A stretch of 64,000 bases of DNA from an uncultured Planctomycetaceae bacterium (GTDB lineage: Bacteria > Planctomycetota > Planctomycetia > Planctomycetales > Planctomycetaceae): assembly GCA_963752185.1 (NCBI GenBank), contig CAVVXK010000002.1:6791889-6855888 (forward strand). The letters are read 5' to 3'. Below are positions 19,168-29,369 of this stretch, piece after piece. The notes under the pieces were generated by a model that was not told the origin of the DNA, made no database searches, and saw only the letters and a program-made list of their open reading frames with translations. A program made the translations under genes and the position numbers. Position 1 is the first letter of the stretch; every line of letters starts with the position of its first letter.

Positions 19168-19272
19168 GCTGTGCGCCTGATTCCTAGACAAACTCTCCGC
19201 CAAAAAACGTCTCATCTAACGAAATCATTCCTTATTCGACGAGTGTCCAATCTCCAATCGGGAGGACCGTCA

Positions 19273-20177
19273 GTGAACAAATTTCCCGGCAGAAGCATCG
19301 CGGTGTTGTTGTTGGTGGGAATTGTTTGGCTGGGTTTCGGTGCGACCGAGACTCGTGAGCGAGTCCAGGCAGACGACGGGGCCAAACGCTCGGCGGTGCT
19401 TTTGCGGGCGCTCAGGCCGGCCAGATTCGCGACGACAACGGCCTGAGGTTGAAGCTGGTGTGGGCTCCGCCGGGCAAGTTCATGATGGGGAGTCCGAACA
19501 ACGAATGGGGTCGGGAGCTTTGGGAGAATCAGGTGCAAGTCACGCTCACAAAGGGCTTCTGGCTGGGCCAGCATGAGGTAACGCAAGCCGAATGGCGAGG
19601 CGTGATGCAGACGACTCCCTGGGAGGGGAAGTTCGGTGTGAGAGGGGGTGACGACTACCCGGCGACTTTTGTGTCCTGGGACGACGCGATGAAATTCTGC
19701 GAGAAGCTTACTGAGCAAGAGCAGAGCGCGGGCCGGCTCCCGTCCGGGTGGCAATACACGCTGCCGACCGAAGCCCAGTGGGAGTACGCGTGCCGCGCCG
19801 GCACGACCACTCGGTACTCGTTCGGCGACAGCGATTTGAAATTGAGCGATTACGCCTGGTGGGGCGGATTCATCGGGCAGGGGTCTGCCAAAGATGAGAC
19901 ATACGCGCACCGGGTGGGGCAGAAAAAGGCCAATCAGTGGGGACTCAAAGATATGCACGGCAATGTTTGGGAATTATGCCACGATTGGCACTCGTCGGCC
20001 TTGATGGGCGGCACGGACCCGCAGGGGCCGGCACAAGGCAAATTCAAGGTGGTCCGCGGCGGGAACTGGGGCGACACGGCCAACGACTGTCGCTCGGCAG
20101 TCCGCCACGGCTTCGGGCCGCGCCGCGGCAACGCCAACATGGGCTTCCGCGTGGCCGCAGTCCCGTCTGGCAGATAG
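19273..20177 (+). CDS. Formylglycine-generating enzyme family (SUMF1/EgtB/PvdO) protein, apparent frame break at 19359-19400
   Basis: The FGE-sulfatase core is LVWAPPGKFMMGSP...WEYACRAGTTTRYSFGD...HGNVWELCHDW...VVRGGNW...FRV. A signal-peptide fragment (GTG at 19273 after ggagga: VNKFPGRSIAVLLLVGIVWLGFGA) lies one frame off. The ORF-track TTG at 19449 would start the domain without a leader. Confidence 0.8.
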
Positions 20178-20911
20178 AGCGAGCACCAACGCCTGGCGGC
20201 CCGGCTTGTGCGCCTGTCAACGAACGCATTCCCTCCTTGCGCGGTGGCGCGCTTTGCGGCGGTTCACCGTCGCGGGCAATTCCGGCGCGGAGAGACCACC
20301 AGCACCAATTGGAAAACTCAATTCCGGACTCAGCTCGAGGGCCCGCGTCATGGATCCCGACCGAATGCGCGACTCGGAAGTCACACACGGACGCATGCGA
20401 GTCCCATCCGTGGGCGGTTCTTGACGCTTGCCGGCAAACGGCGGCTTTTCGGGCGGGCCCTTCCCGCATGCACGTCAAAACGCCAAGTCACCGAGCGCGG
20501 ATGACTCCGCGTTGCAGGCATCAATGCGTGCTGCGGTGCATCACGAGTCCTTCAAGAGGCCGCCAGTGGGAATTGCGGTGACTCTTTGGTCGCTTTTTGC
20601 ACGCGGTTCACGCTTCGCAGAGCTGCGGGGCTTCGCAGCTCTCAACTAGCTCGATTGTACCTCGGCAGAGGCCGATCAAGAAGAGGAGTTTTCCAGTTTG
20701 TTGCAACTGGAGATGCGAACGGAAGTTGCGTGACGAGAGATTTTCTAATGCTAAATATATGGCATTTTGAGATTGGTGTCGGCGGGCGAAGACCCTCACG
20801 CCGACTTCGGCTGAGCTCGTGGCAGGCGGGCCCCTTTCCCACTGCGATGTCAAGAAGCGGGGCGAGGGGAGGAGGAAAATGCGATTCTCTCGTCTGGCTG
20901 CCAGAATGGCG

Positions 20912-20935
20912 TTTTTTGGGCTGGACCCAAAAAAA
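20912..20935. terminator. A/T-run hairpin between the convergent FGE and ABC genes (terminator-like)
   Basis: ttttttggg-ctgga-cccaaaaaa is a perfect 9-bp stem whose arms are U/A runs on either strand. Confidence 0.35.
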
Positions 20936-21083
20936 GTCTCCCTTTTTCAGCGCCCCAAAAAAGCCAAAAAAAGCCATTTTGGCAGGCAGCAAATGAGCGG
21001 AGCGGGAGCGTATTTGGCAGCGAGGGAAATCGAGCCAGCCGGCCGAGCGCGGAGTGCGCGTTCGGCGGCGACGGCAGGAAAAA

Positions 21084-22010
21084 CTATTGCTGTTTGCCCT
21101 TGGTGAGTTCCATGAAGGCGGTTTCGAGGTTCACGTCTTCCTCGCGGAAGAGGGTGATTTTGAAGCCGGCCTGCAGGAGCCGCGTAGGGAGTTCGCTGTA
21201 GTCGAGCGTTTCTTTTTTCAGCGTGGCGATGATCATGTCCTTGACGATGGAGACCGCGCGGACTTCGTCGCACTGCTCGAGGAGCCGGGCGGCTTTTTCC
21301 ATGTCGGTTTTGACGCGGATATGCAGCATCAGCGCTTCGCGGGCTTTTTGCATGACCTCGTTGACGTAGCCGTCGACGATCAAGTGGCCCTTTTCGATCA
21401 TGCCGACGCGGGTGCAGACGTCGGCCAGCTCGGGGAGGATGTGGCTGGAGACAATGATCGTTTTGTTCATTTCGCCCAGCCGCTTGAGCAGGGCGCGAAT
21501 TTCGATGCGGGCCCGCGGGTCGAGGCCGCTGGCCGGTTCGTCCAGGAGGAGCACCTGCGGCTCGTGCAGCAGCGTGCGGGCCAGGCCGATGCGCTGCGTC
21601 TGGCCGCGGGAAAGCTGGTTGACCATCGCGTCCCGCTTGAAGGACATATCGACCAGTTCGAGCTTCTCCTCGCAGACTTTGCGGCGTTTGTTGCCGTTGA
21701 TGCGGTAGGCGGAGGCGAAGAATTCGAGGTACTCCATCACCGTCATATCGTCGTACACGCCAAAAAAGTCGGGCATGTAGCCGACCAGGCGGCGGATTTC
21801 CGTCGGGTCGGTGTAGATCGATTTGCCGCAGATGTAGGCTTCGCCGTAATCGGGGTTGAGCAGGGTGGCGATCATCCGCATGGTGGTCGTCTTGCCCGAG
21901 CCGTTGGGGCCGATGAAGCCGAAGACGTCCCCCTCCTCGAGCTTGAGGTCGATTTCGTTGGCGGCGATCAGGTTACCGTAGCGCTTGGTGAGCTTGCGGG
22001 TTTCGATCAC
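21084..22010 (-). CDS. ABC transporter ATP-binding protein
   Basis: Walker A GPNGSGKTT, signature LSRGQTQR, Walker B LLLDEP. The GTG at 22010 is preceded by gagga. The ORF-track start at 22097 would overlap the upstream gene. Confidence 0.9.
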   Translation of the reverse strand: MIETRKLTKRYGNLIAANEIDLKLEEGDVFGFIGPNGSGKTTTMRMIATLLNPDYGEAYICGKSIYTDPTEIRRLVGYMPDFFGVYDDMTVMEYLEFFASAYRINGNKRRKVCEEKLELVDMSFKRDAMVNQLSRGQTQRIGLARTLLHEPQVLLLDEPASGLDPRARIEIRALLKRLGEMNKTIIVSSHILPELADVCTRVGMIEKGHLIVDGYVNEVMQKAREALMLHIRVKTDMEKAARLLEQCDEVRAVSIVKDMIIATLKKETLDYSELPTRLLQAGFKITLFREEDVNLETAFMELTKGKQQ

Positions 22011-22053
22011 GGGCGGTCCTCGAAGGCTGTCCTCGGGTTGGGGGGGCAGGCGA

Positions 22054-24327
22054 TCAGTCGTCGTGTGTTTTGCGGACGGGGAGCAGCAGGCGAACAATCG
22101 TGACCTGCGTTTCCGGCTCGAGCTGTTTGCCGTCGACCGTCCAGCGGATCACCGGTTTGCGGATCGCGCCGATGAGCACGGCCCGATCCAGATCCAACAG
22201 AGGCGACCAGTCCAAGTTTCGCAAGGCGCCGTTTTCGAGCCCCGTGTAGAGCGTGCCGCCGGCCTCGCGGTGGAAGGTGAGCATCCGCATGATGTTCACC
22301 GGTTCGCGATCGAGGGGATCGTAATCGGCGTGCTCGATGTGGCTCTCTTCGTACTGCGTGTTGATCGACTTTGTGTTGACCTTCGTGGCCCCGGTCATGT
22401 AGCCGGCCAATTCACGTTGCGAGGCAGTCAGCGGCAGCCAGGGGACATCGGGCAAGAGCGGCACGGCGCGCCCCGTTTTTGCATCGGTGCGGGGACGAAA
22501 AACCTGGTGCCCGAAGGCGACGACCCAGTCTTCGATGGGAACCGGAAAGTGGTGCCGCAGCGAGCCCTCCAGCCGGCTGGGACCGCGACTTTCCAGTTGG
22601 CAGTCGACCAGATTCGACGTATTGCCCAGCCAATCGGTCTCCAGGTTCTTGGAGGACCAAATGGCAACTGGCACGCCGTTGATCGTCCGGTCATCCGCTT
22701 CAATCGAGTACGGAGGCCGCGCGATCTCGGCTCCTCCCGCGCGGTACATGCCTCCGAAAGAGCTTTCGGGACGCCCGTGCCAGCCGACGCGAAGCGTGGC
22801 TTTTTGACCCGCCTTTTTCGCGTCTGGCGACGGGGCGAATGACTGGACTGACTCGGGATCGACGGAGACGTTATACCGGCGGTTTTCGGGACTATAGAGG
22901 ACGCTGCACGAGCGTACGTGTGTCACGCCGGAGGCCGTGTCTGCGTCGAAAATATCGAGCTGATTGGCCAGCAGCCGATTCCCCTTGGCCGATGAGCCCC
23001 ACCATACGGCCGACCCGGCGGCCGCGGCGATGATCAAGGGAAAAGTAATCCAAGTCAGCTCGGGCCGATTGAAGAGCTTGTGCACAAGCAGGTAATCAAT
23101 CGGGCCGATCACCAACAACAGGGCGACCATCAGGCCCATCACGGGCCAGGTCGTTACCCGCGTGATCGAGGGAAAATCGTCCTGTGTCGAGTCCAGTTGC
23201 GTGGCGAGTTCGGTGATCCCGGTTTGCGTCAGGCGGGTGGTGAGCGATTGGGCCCGCTTCGAGTGCGTTTCCTCCAGGTCGAGCAGTCGCCGCAACAGTT
23301 CGGCCATTCCCGTCCAGCGGACGAGGAGCGGGTTATCGAAACCGACTCCCAAAACGGTGACCCGCCCCAGGCCGCACGATGCCCGGCACAAGAGCGATCC
23401 TTCAAACGTGGAGATGAGCGACTGGTTTCCGCCGTCATTCAGGCGGGCGGCGTCAACCGGTTCGTCGCTGGCGCTCATGATTCGGGTGCTTTGCCGGCAA
23501 AAACTCTCAATCGCGCTCAAGTCGCCGAGCCGGGCGATGCCCTGCACTTTAATGGGAATCCAAGCGGCCAGTGGAGTCTTCCCAAAGGCGGGGCCCGCTT
23601 TGCCGAGCGTGACGACGAGATGCCCGCCGGAGCGCACCCAGCCTTCGAGGGCCTGGCTTTGCGCGAGATTCAAGTCGAGCTGGCCATCGAGCAGAATGGC
23701 GTCGATCGCGGAATATCCCTCGGGATTTGTGGGCAGCGAATTGGCCGCTTCAATATCGACGACTTCGATGTTCGTTCGTGCGGTCGGATTGACGTTCGCC
23801 TCCGGGATCGCGGCCTCGTTCGAGAGCAACTGAGTGATGCGGTCGGTCGAGAGTTCGATCGCCGTGCCGGCGGGACGCACGTGCCCGAGCAAGAAAACGG
23901 ATTGCCGCAGCGGCGGTGCGATGTCGCCCTCCGCTTCCCCAGAGACGCGAAGTTGGCGGCTGGCGAGAACGCCATTTTGGCCGACGACCCGAACGCCCAA
24001 CGTCCCGGCGAGCCGGCCCATCTTGAACGGAACCGAAATGGCACTCGGTCCTTGGGAGGCCAATGAAACCGGCGGACTTTGAAATGTGACGACGGAACCT
24101 TCCGGATCCGGTGCATCGACTTCGAGTCGCACGGGTCCGGTCGCGGACGATTCCAGTTGTGCCGTGAGCGTCGTCCAACGGCCGACTTTGAAAACTCCGC
24201 CGAGGCCGACGGTGACGCGGTCGATTTTCGTGGCGTCCGCCGACGGGGCGGCCCAAGCGACGCACGGCGTGCCCAACAGGGCGACCGCCAGAAACAGACT
24301 GAGACCAGGAAAAACGGGGCTTTTCAC
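22054..24327 (-). CDS. Large hypothetical secreted/membrane protein (757 aa)
   Basis: Signal peptide MKSPVFPGLSLFLAVALLGTPCVAWA and central hydrophobic segments (WPVMGLMVALLLVIGPIDYLL, WITFPLIIAAAAGSAVWW). I recognised no enzymatic motif. It lies directly upstream of the ABC ATPase gene; with the preferred ATPase start the two are separated by about 43 bp, and only the alternative ATPase start at 22097 would overlap it. Confidence 0.6.
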   Translation of the reverse strand: MKSPVFPGLSLFLAVALLGTPCVAWAAPSADATKIDRVTVGLGGVFKVGRWTTLTAQLESSATGPVRLEVDAPDPEGSVVTFQSPPVSLASQGPSAISVPFKMGRLAGTLGVRVVGQNGVLASRQLRVSGEAEGDIAPPLRQSVFLLGHVRPAGTAIELSTDRITQLLSNEAAIPEANVNPTARTNIEVVDIEAANSLPTNPEGYSAIDAILLDGQLDLNLAQSQALEGWVRSGGHLVVTLGKAGPAFGKTPLAAWIPIKVQGIARLGDLSAIESFCRQSTRIMSASDEPVDAARLNDGGNQSLISTFEGSLLCRASCGLGRVTVLGVGFDNPLLVRWTGMAELLRRLLDLEETHSKRAQSLTTRLTQTGITELATQLDSTQDDFPSITRVTTWPVMGLMVALLLVIGPIDYLLVHKLFNRPELTWITFPLIIAAAAGSAVWWGSSAKGNRLLANQLDIFDADTASGVTHVRSCSVLYSPENRRYNVSVDPESVQSFAPSPDAKKAGQKATLRVGWHGRPESSFGGMYRAGGAEIARPPYSIEADDRTINGVPVAIWSSKNLETDWLGNTSNLVDCQLESRGPSRLEGSLRHHFPVPIEDWVVAFGHQVFRPRTDAKTGRAVPLLPDVPWLPLTASQRELAGYMTGATKVNTKSINTQYEESHIEHADYDPLDREPVNIMRMLTFHREAGGTLYTGLENGALRNLDWSPLLDLDRAVLIGAIRKPVIRWTVDGKQLEPETQVTIVRLLLPVRKTHDD

Positions 24328-24428
24328 GCGGGAAATGCTTTACGGCGCAAGGAGATAACGGGTGAAACCACCCATCATACGCCGGAAGGCGAGAAACTGT
24401 GAACAGTCAACGGGTGGATTTCTCGGGT

Positions 24429-25202
24429 TCAGGAACGATCCGTAAACACTCGCCGCATCAGGGCGGCCAGCCGTTCCAGTCCTTCGTAGGGGATCGTGTG
24501 CGGGCCGTCAAATCGCAGGAACTCGACTTCGAGCTTGGATTCTTGGAGCAGCTTCCGCAGCGCCTCGGCCCCCGCGTACGGCAGGATGGGGTCGAAGGTT
24601 CCGTGGCTTTGCAAGACCGGCAAGGGGCCGCGTTTTTCGGCCAAGGATTTCCATTGTTCCTCGGCAATGAGCGATCCGGAAAACACGCATAAACCCGCCG
24701 GGCGCCCCGAAAGCCTCAGGGCCACATCGGTTGTGACCATCGAACCCTGGGAAAAGCCGCCCAGGATCATTCGGGAAGGGGGGATCTTCAGGCGGCGGTG
24801 GACCTCGCTCACAAATTCCTGCATGAGCTGCGAGCTTTCCGACATTCCTTCCGGGATGCCGTGCCGGAATTTGGCCATCTTTTCCGGGTCGCCGAACGCT
24901 CGTTGAAATCGCTCGATGTCGATCATCCACCAGGCCCGGGCTCCCGGCAGACCGTATGTCCCAAGGTCCAATGGCCCTTCGGGAAAGAGGTAGACGATAT
25001 CGGCGGAGTGTTCAGGGCACATGGCGGCCAAGTCAGGACCGAGTGCCACCAAATCCGTCCCCGGAGCCCCGAAACCGTGACAAAGGATCACACAAAATCG
25101 GGCCGGTTGGGCCCCGGAGGCCGGGGCCAAAACCGTGCAATCGAGCTCGCCGAAACGGTTTTCCGACCGTCCCAGTTTTGTGTGCATTTCCATGCCGGCC
25201 AT
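24429..25202 (-). CDS. Alpha/beta hydrolase (phospholipase/carboxylesterase family)
   Basis: CVILCHGFGAPGTD, nucleophile elbow GGFSQGS, and SHGTFDPILP. The start is taken at an internal ATG (MAGMEMHTK...), because the upstream part of the ORF looks non-coding. Confidence 0.75.
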   Translation of the reverse strand: MAGMEMHTKLGRSENRFGELDCTVLAPASGAQPARFCVILCHGFGAPGTDLVALGPDLAAMCPEHSADIVYLFPEGPLDLGTYGLPGARAWWMIDIERFQRAFGDPEKMAKFRHGIPEGMSESSQLMQEFVSEVHRRLKIPPSRMILGGFSQGSMVTTDVALRLSGRPAGLCVFSGSLIAEEQWKSLAEKRGPLPVLQSHGTFDPILPYAGAEALRKLLQESKLEVEFLRFDGPHTIPYEGLERLAALMRRVFTDRS

Positions 25203-25462
25203 TCTGGTTCGTCGCCTGGGGAATGGCAACCGGCCAGAGAGGATTGGGGGGCGGCCGAATTCTGCCGACTTTTTGGAAGGGTGCTTGCAATGCGTTCGTT
25301 CCCCCGTAGAATAAATGATTGAGTTTGCGCTAACAGCCTGCGTTAAAAGAGTTTGTGGTGCGCAACCTGCGGGCCGTGTCGAATTCAACGCCTTTATGAG
25401 TCGTACCGACCCCCATCTTAAGCGATAGGCATCTCTGCCGATTCACGCGTCCCGGAGCAAAA

Positions 25463-27162
25463 ATGTCGACGAAGAAATATCTCACGCTTGAAGAGGCCGC
25501 CCGACAGTTATCGATGGCGCCGGACGAATTGGTCCGTCTGCGTGAGCGCGGCGAAATTCGGGGCTTTGCGGACAGAGGGACCTGGAAATTCCGCTCCGAA
25601 GACGTCGAAGAGTTTTCCCGCAGCCGCGATGCCGATTCCTCGCCCGAAGTTCCCATCATCGACGACAAGCCGGGACGCAAATCCCCCGCGGGCGGTGATA
25701 GCGGCATTCGCAAGGGGACGGGCCGCTTCAACAAGACATCCGACAGCGACGTGCGGCTGTTGCTCGACGAAACGCTCGTTCCGGGCGCCAAAGACAGTGA
25801 TCCCGAAGTGGTCCTCTCGCAATTGGGCAGCAGCGACAGCGACGTGCGGCTCACCGACGATGTGGGCGGCGTGGTCGACTCGAGCAGCGACAGCGACGTC
25901 AAACTGATCAGCACGTCCTCCGACATGCTGCTCCCTTCTGACGAGGGATCGTCCGACGGAAGCGACAGCGACGTGAAGCTGATCGCCGCCGACAGCGATA
26001 GCGACGTCCGGCTGGCGAAGCCGGCTTCCGACCCGAAACCGCCCCGCAGCGATAGTGACGTGCGCCTGGTCGGCACCGATGATATGGCCACGCTTTCGAG
26101 CGAGAGCGATTTGCGGCTGACCGACGCGGGGAGCAGCTCGGATCTCGGCGGCAGCGCCACGAAACTCGGTGGTAGCAGCGGCTCGTCGACGAAACTGGGC
26201 AGCAGCACTTCGTCGGTGAACCTCGGCGACTCGAGCTCTGACGAAAGCTCCGTTCTGTTGGGGCCGGACAGTGGCATCGCCCTCGACACGGGCAGCGGAA
26301 TGAAGGTCGGCGGGGGCAGTTCGGCCGACAGCGGGATCACCCTGCAGAGCCTTGCCGACAGCGGCATTTCGCTCGAAAAAGTCGATAGCGGCATTTCGCT
26401 CGCCAGCCCCATGGACAGCGGGATCGCCCTCGACGCCGACAGCGGGATCGCGCTCGACAAAGACAGTGGAATTACTCTCTCGGCCGATAGCGGCATTCGC
26501 TTGGATCCCGACGCGAGCGCCAAGTCGACCCGCGCCCGAAAAAGAAGCCGCTGCTCTCCAAGGAGGTCGACGAAGTCGACGAGGACTCGACGCAAGTCGA
26601 AGTCCCCATGATGGAGGAAGAGGAAGACAGCAGCTACAAGCTGCATGACGATTCGGCCAGCAAAACGAACGTGGTGCTCTTCGCCGACGAGGGGGAATTC
26701 GAGGAAGACGAGGAACCCGTCGCCCCGGTCTCTCGCAAGAAGGGCCGCGGGGACGACAGTTTCGCCCTGCAGGAATCGGGCGTCGAATTCGCCGAAGCGG
26801 AAGATTTCAGCGACGATGAAGACCTCGAAGTCGCCGAGGACGTGCTTACCGAAGATGAAGGCGATCTCGACGAGATCGACGTCTTCGAGCCGGCCGAGGA
26901 AGACTTCGGCGACAGCAGCATCCAATCCGGTGAGAGCCATGCCGAATTGCAGCCGGCGGCCATGGCCATGCGCGCCCCCGCCGCCGCGGAAGCGCCGTGG
27001 GACGGTTTGACGTTTGGAATTTTGACGATTTCCACCGTCTGCCTGGTGCTCGCCGGCGTGATGATGTACGACCTCGTGCGGACCGAATGGTACTTCGATC
27101 AGAACGTCGTCGTCGGCAGTGCGCTGCTCGACTGGGTGCGCGGCCTGTTCCCGACCACGTAG
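25463..27162 (+). CDS. Excisionase/MerR-type HTH protein with acidic SDSDV(R/K)L and DSGIxL repeats and a C-terminal TM helix; apparent frame break at about 26515-26541
   Basis: The N-terminus is KYLTLEEAARQLSMAPDELVRLRERGEIRGF. There are about 7 SDSDV(R/K)L and about 8 DSGI(A/S/T)L repeats. The second fragment (frame of 26608) continues PKKKPLLSKEVDEVDED...MMEEEED... and ends with the TM segment FGILTISTVCLVLAGVMMY. Confidence 0.75.
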
Positions 27163-27194
27163 ACGCTCTGGGGATGAAAATCTCGCGTCAATAA

Positions 27195-27222
27195 AAGGGC
27201 ACCACGAGGTGCCCTTGTTTGC
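27195..27222. terminator. Bidirectional hairpin terminator between convergent genes
   Basis: aagggcacc-acga-ggtgccctt is flanked by caataaa on one side and gtttgc on the other. Confidence 0.55.
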
Positions 27223-27246
27223 TCCTTGACGCCCTACTCCGGACGC

Positions 27247-27738
27247 TTACGTCGTCTTCCAACGTTCCATTTCGTCCCGCTTTTCCATCACGGGCTTCGG
27301 ACCGCCGGGAACGGGCAGATACATAAACGTGCCGGAAGCGGCAGCGACCAGTGAGCCGTCGGATGTGCGCACTTCTCCGCGGGAGACGGCCGTCATTTGC
27401 CCCGCATGGCGGACCTCGGAATGGCAGACGAGCCTCTCGCCGAGCCAGCCGGGCCGGATGTAATTGATGTTGAGCTGCACGGTGACGAGATGATGGTTCG
27501 CGGGAGCCAGCGTCCAGCAGGCGCAACCGAGCGTCGAATCGAGCAGAGTGGCCACGACCCCGCCGTGGACGATCCCCATCGACCGCAGATGCGTTTCGTC
27601 GACCGTAACTTCAAAGACCGCGATTCCTTTTTCGACGTCGATGGGCCGGATTCTCAGTCGTTCGAGGAACGACGATCCGACCGATTCCTCTTTGAACCGC
27701 CGGGCGATTTCCGCGATTCTCTCTTCGGAGCTGTCCAA
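27247..27738 (-). CDS. PaaI family (hotdog-fold) thioesterase
   Basis: MGIVHGGVVATLLDSTLG...VTVQLNINYIRP...G. I prefer the TTG at 27738 preceded by gagg. The ATG at 27867 would sit back-to-back on the amidase ATG. Confidence 0.75.
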   Translation of the reverse strand: MDSSEERIAEIARRFKEESVGSSFLERLRIRPIDVEKGIAVFEVTVDETHLRSMGIVHGGVVATLLDSTLGCACWTLAPANHHLVTVQLNINYIRPGWLGERLVCHSEVRHAGQMTAVSRGEVRTSDGSLVAAASGTFMYLPVPGGPKPVMEKRDEMERWKTT

Positions 27739-27865
27739 CTCACACCTCTGATTTTCGATGGTGAGGTACCGCAGTCGCGCGGCCTGCGAGGAACTTTGTA
27801 AGATGGCGATTCTAGCAGACCACACGGGCCATGGGTCGACCGTTCGGCGAGCGAAATTCAGCCAC

Positions 27866-29220
27866 ATGCAACTCTTCCCCGAAGAATCAGCAACGATCGT
27901 CGGCAGCGCGAGGGCGCTGCGTGCCGGCCAAACTACGTGCCTCGACCTTGTCGACTCCTGTTTGGCAAGGATCGATGAATGGGAGACTCGCGTTCACGCG
28001 TGGGTTTCGATCGATCGCGACGGCGCGCGGCAGCGGCGCGCGAACTGGATCAAGAAACCCAAGACGGTCGCTGGCGCGGGCCGCTCCACGGAATTCCACT
28101 GGGCATCAAGGACATCATCGATATCGCCGGGCTTCCCACGGGCGCAGGCTCGAGGCAAACGGCCCAATTGCAGGTGAGCGGTGACGCGACCCTGGTGCGC
28201 AAACTCCGCGATGCCGGCGCAATTCTCCTGGGCAAAACCGTCACCACGCAGTTTGCCTGTTTCGACCCGCCGCCGACGCGAAATCCGTGGAACGTCGAAC
28301 GCACGCCCGGCGGCTCATCGAGCGGGTCGGCAGCGGGCGTCGCCACCGGAATGTGCCTGGGTGCGATCGGATCGCAGACCGGCGGATCGATCACCCGCCC
28401 CGCGACCTACTGCGGTGTTGCCGGTTGCAAACCCTCCTACGGGCGCGTGAGCCTCGCCGGCGTCGTACCGCTGGCTCCAAGCTTTGATCACCCCGGACCC
28501 ATCGCGCGCTGCGTCGCCGATCTGGCCATCCTCTTGGATGCCATTTCCGGCCACGATCCGGCTGATCCACACTCAATCGCCGAACCGATCACGACAATGG
28601 ATTGGTTCGCGAAGACTCCTGAAATTCGGAAGCCGCCGACGTTTGCTCGGCTCGGCGGCTTCTTTGCGACGATGGCGACTCCCGTCATGCAGAGTGCGCT
28701 CGAATCGGCCCTCGCACAATTTCGTGCTCGGGGCGCATCGCTCGTCGAAGCCCCTTGGCCGCCGACGTTTGCCGACGTGCACCGCAATCATCGGCTGATC
28801 TTCGAGTACGAACTCGCCTCGAGTCACAAAACGCGGATTCGACAATACCGCGACGACTACCTTCCCGGACTCGCTTCCCTGGTCGAAGAGGGGCTCACGA
28901 TTTCGGAGGCAGAGTACCTTGAAGCGAAACGGCATCAAGAGGCGACTTCGCGCGAAGTCGCCTGCATCTTCGGCAATGCCGAAGTGGCCGCCTGTCCGGC
29001 CGCCTTGGGACCCGCTCCTGATCCCTCCACCACTGGCGATCCGGCGTTCAACTCTCCCTGGAGCTACACGGGGCTGCCCACCATTTCTCTTCCTGTCTCT
29101 CTCGCGCCCGACGGCTTGCCGCTCGGGATCCAACTCGTGGGCCGGCGCAATGGCGAACGGCCGCTCTTCGAGGCGGCACTGTGGTGTGAGGCCGCTCTTC
29201 GAAGCGGCACTATGGTGTGA
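27866..29220 (+). CDS. Amidase (amidase-signature family), apparent 1-nt frame break near 28033
   Basis: The N-terminal fragment is MQLFPEESATIVGSARALRAGQTTCLDLVDSCLARIDEWETRVHAWVSIDRDGARQ. The next frame continues AARELDQETQDGRWRGPLHGIPLGIKDII...GGSSSGSAAGVA...GGSITRPA. The last roughly 20 codons run into the 31-bp tandem repeat. Confidence 0.85.
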
Positions 29221-29300
29221 GGCCGCTCTTCGAAGCGGCACTATGGTGTGAAGCCGCTCTTCGGAGCGGCCATACGGTGTGAAGCCGCTCTGCGGGCCGC
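29159..29300. repeat. 31-bp tandem repeat, 4 full units plus a partial fifth
   Basis: The unit is ggccgctcttcgaRgcggcacTRtggtgtga, at 29159, 29190, 29221 and 29252, with a partial unit at 29283. Each unit contains the hairpin gccgct-cttcga-agcggc. Confidence 0.9.
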
Positions 29301-29369
29301 GGATTCGCGTCGCACGTAGCTCGCCGATCGTGGACGTCTTACATACACTGGCGCTACCAACACCCGGAG

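Noticed and set aside
10500-19200. Prophage or integrative element as the interpretation of the IS-rich island.
   Set aside because: There are no integrase, phage structural, conjugation or replication genes. No tRNA-flanked att-like direct repeats bound the island, and the only tRNA is 14 kb away. The content is IS elements, small repeats and a few orphan genes.
27739-27867. An ATG at 27867 as the start of the thioesterase.
   Set aside because: It would place two divergent start codons on the same CATG tetranucleotide as the amidase ATG and leave no promoter space. It would also add 43 poorly protein-like residues. The TTG at 27738 with a gagg upstream gives a typical PaaI length.
29159-29300. 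Possible CRISPR array (regular 31-bp repeats). I asked the same question of the motif array at 43484-43629.
   Set aside because: The 31-bp units are directly abutting with no spacers. The 43.5-kb motifs are 15 nt long, in mixed orientation, with gaps of 4-20 nt. No cas genes are present.
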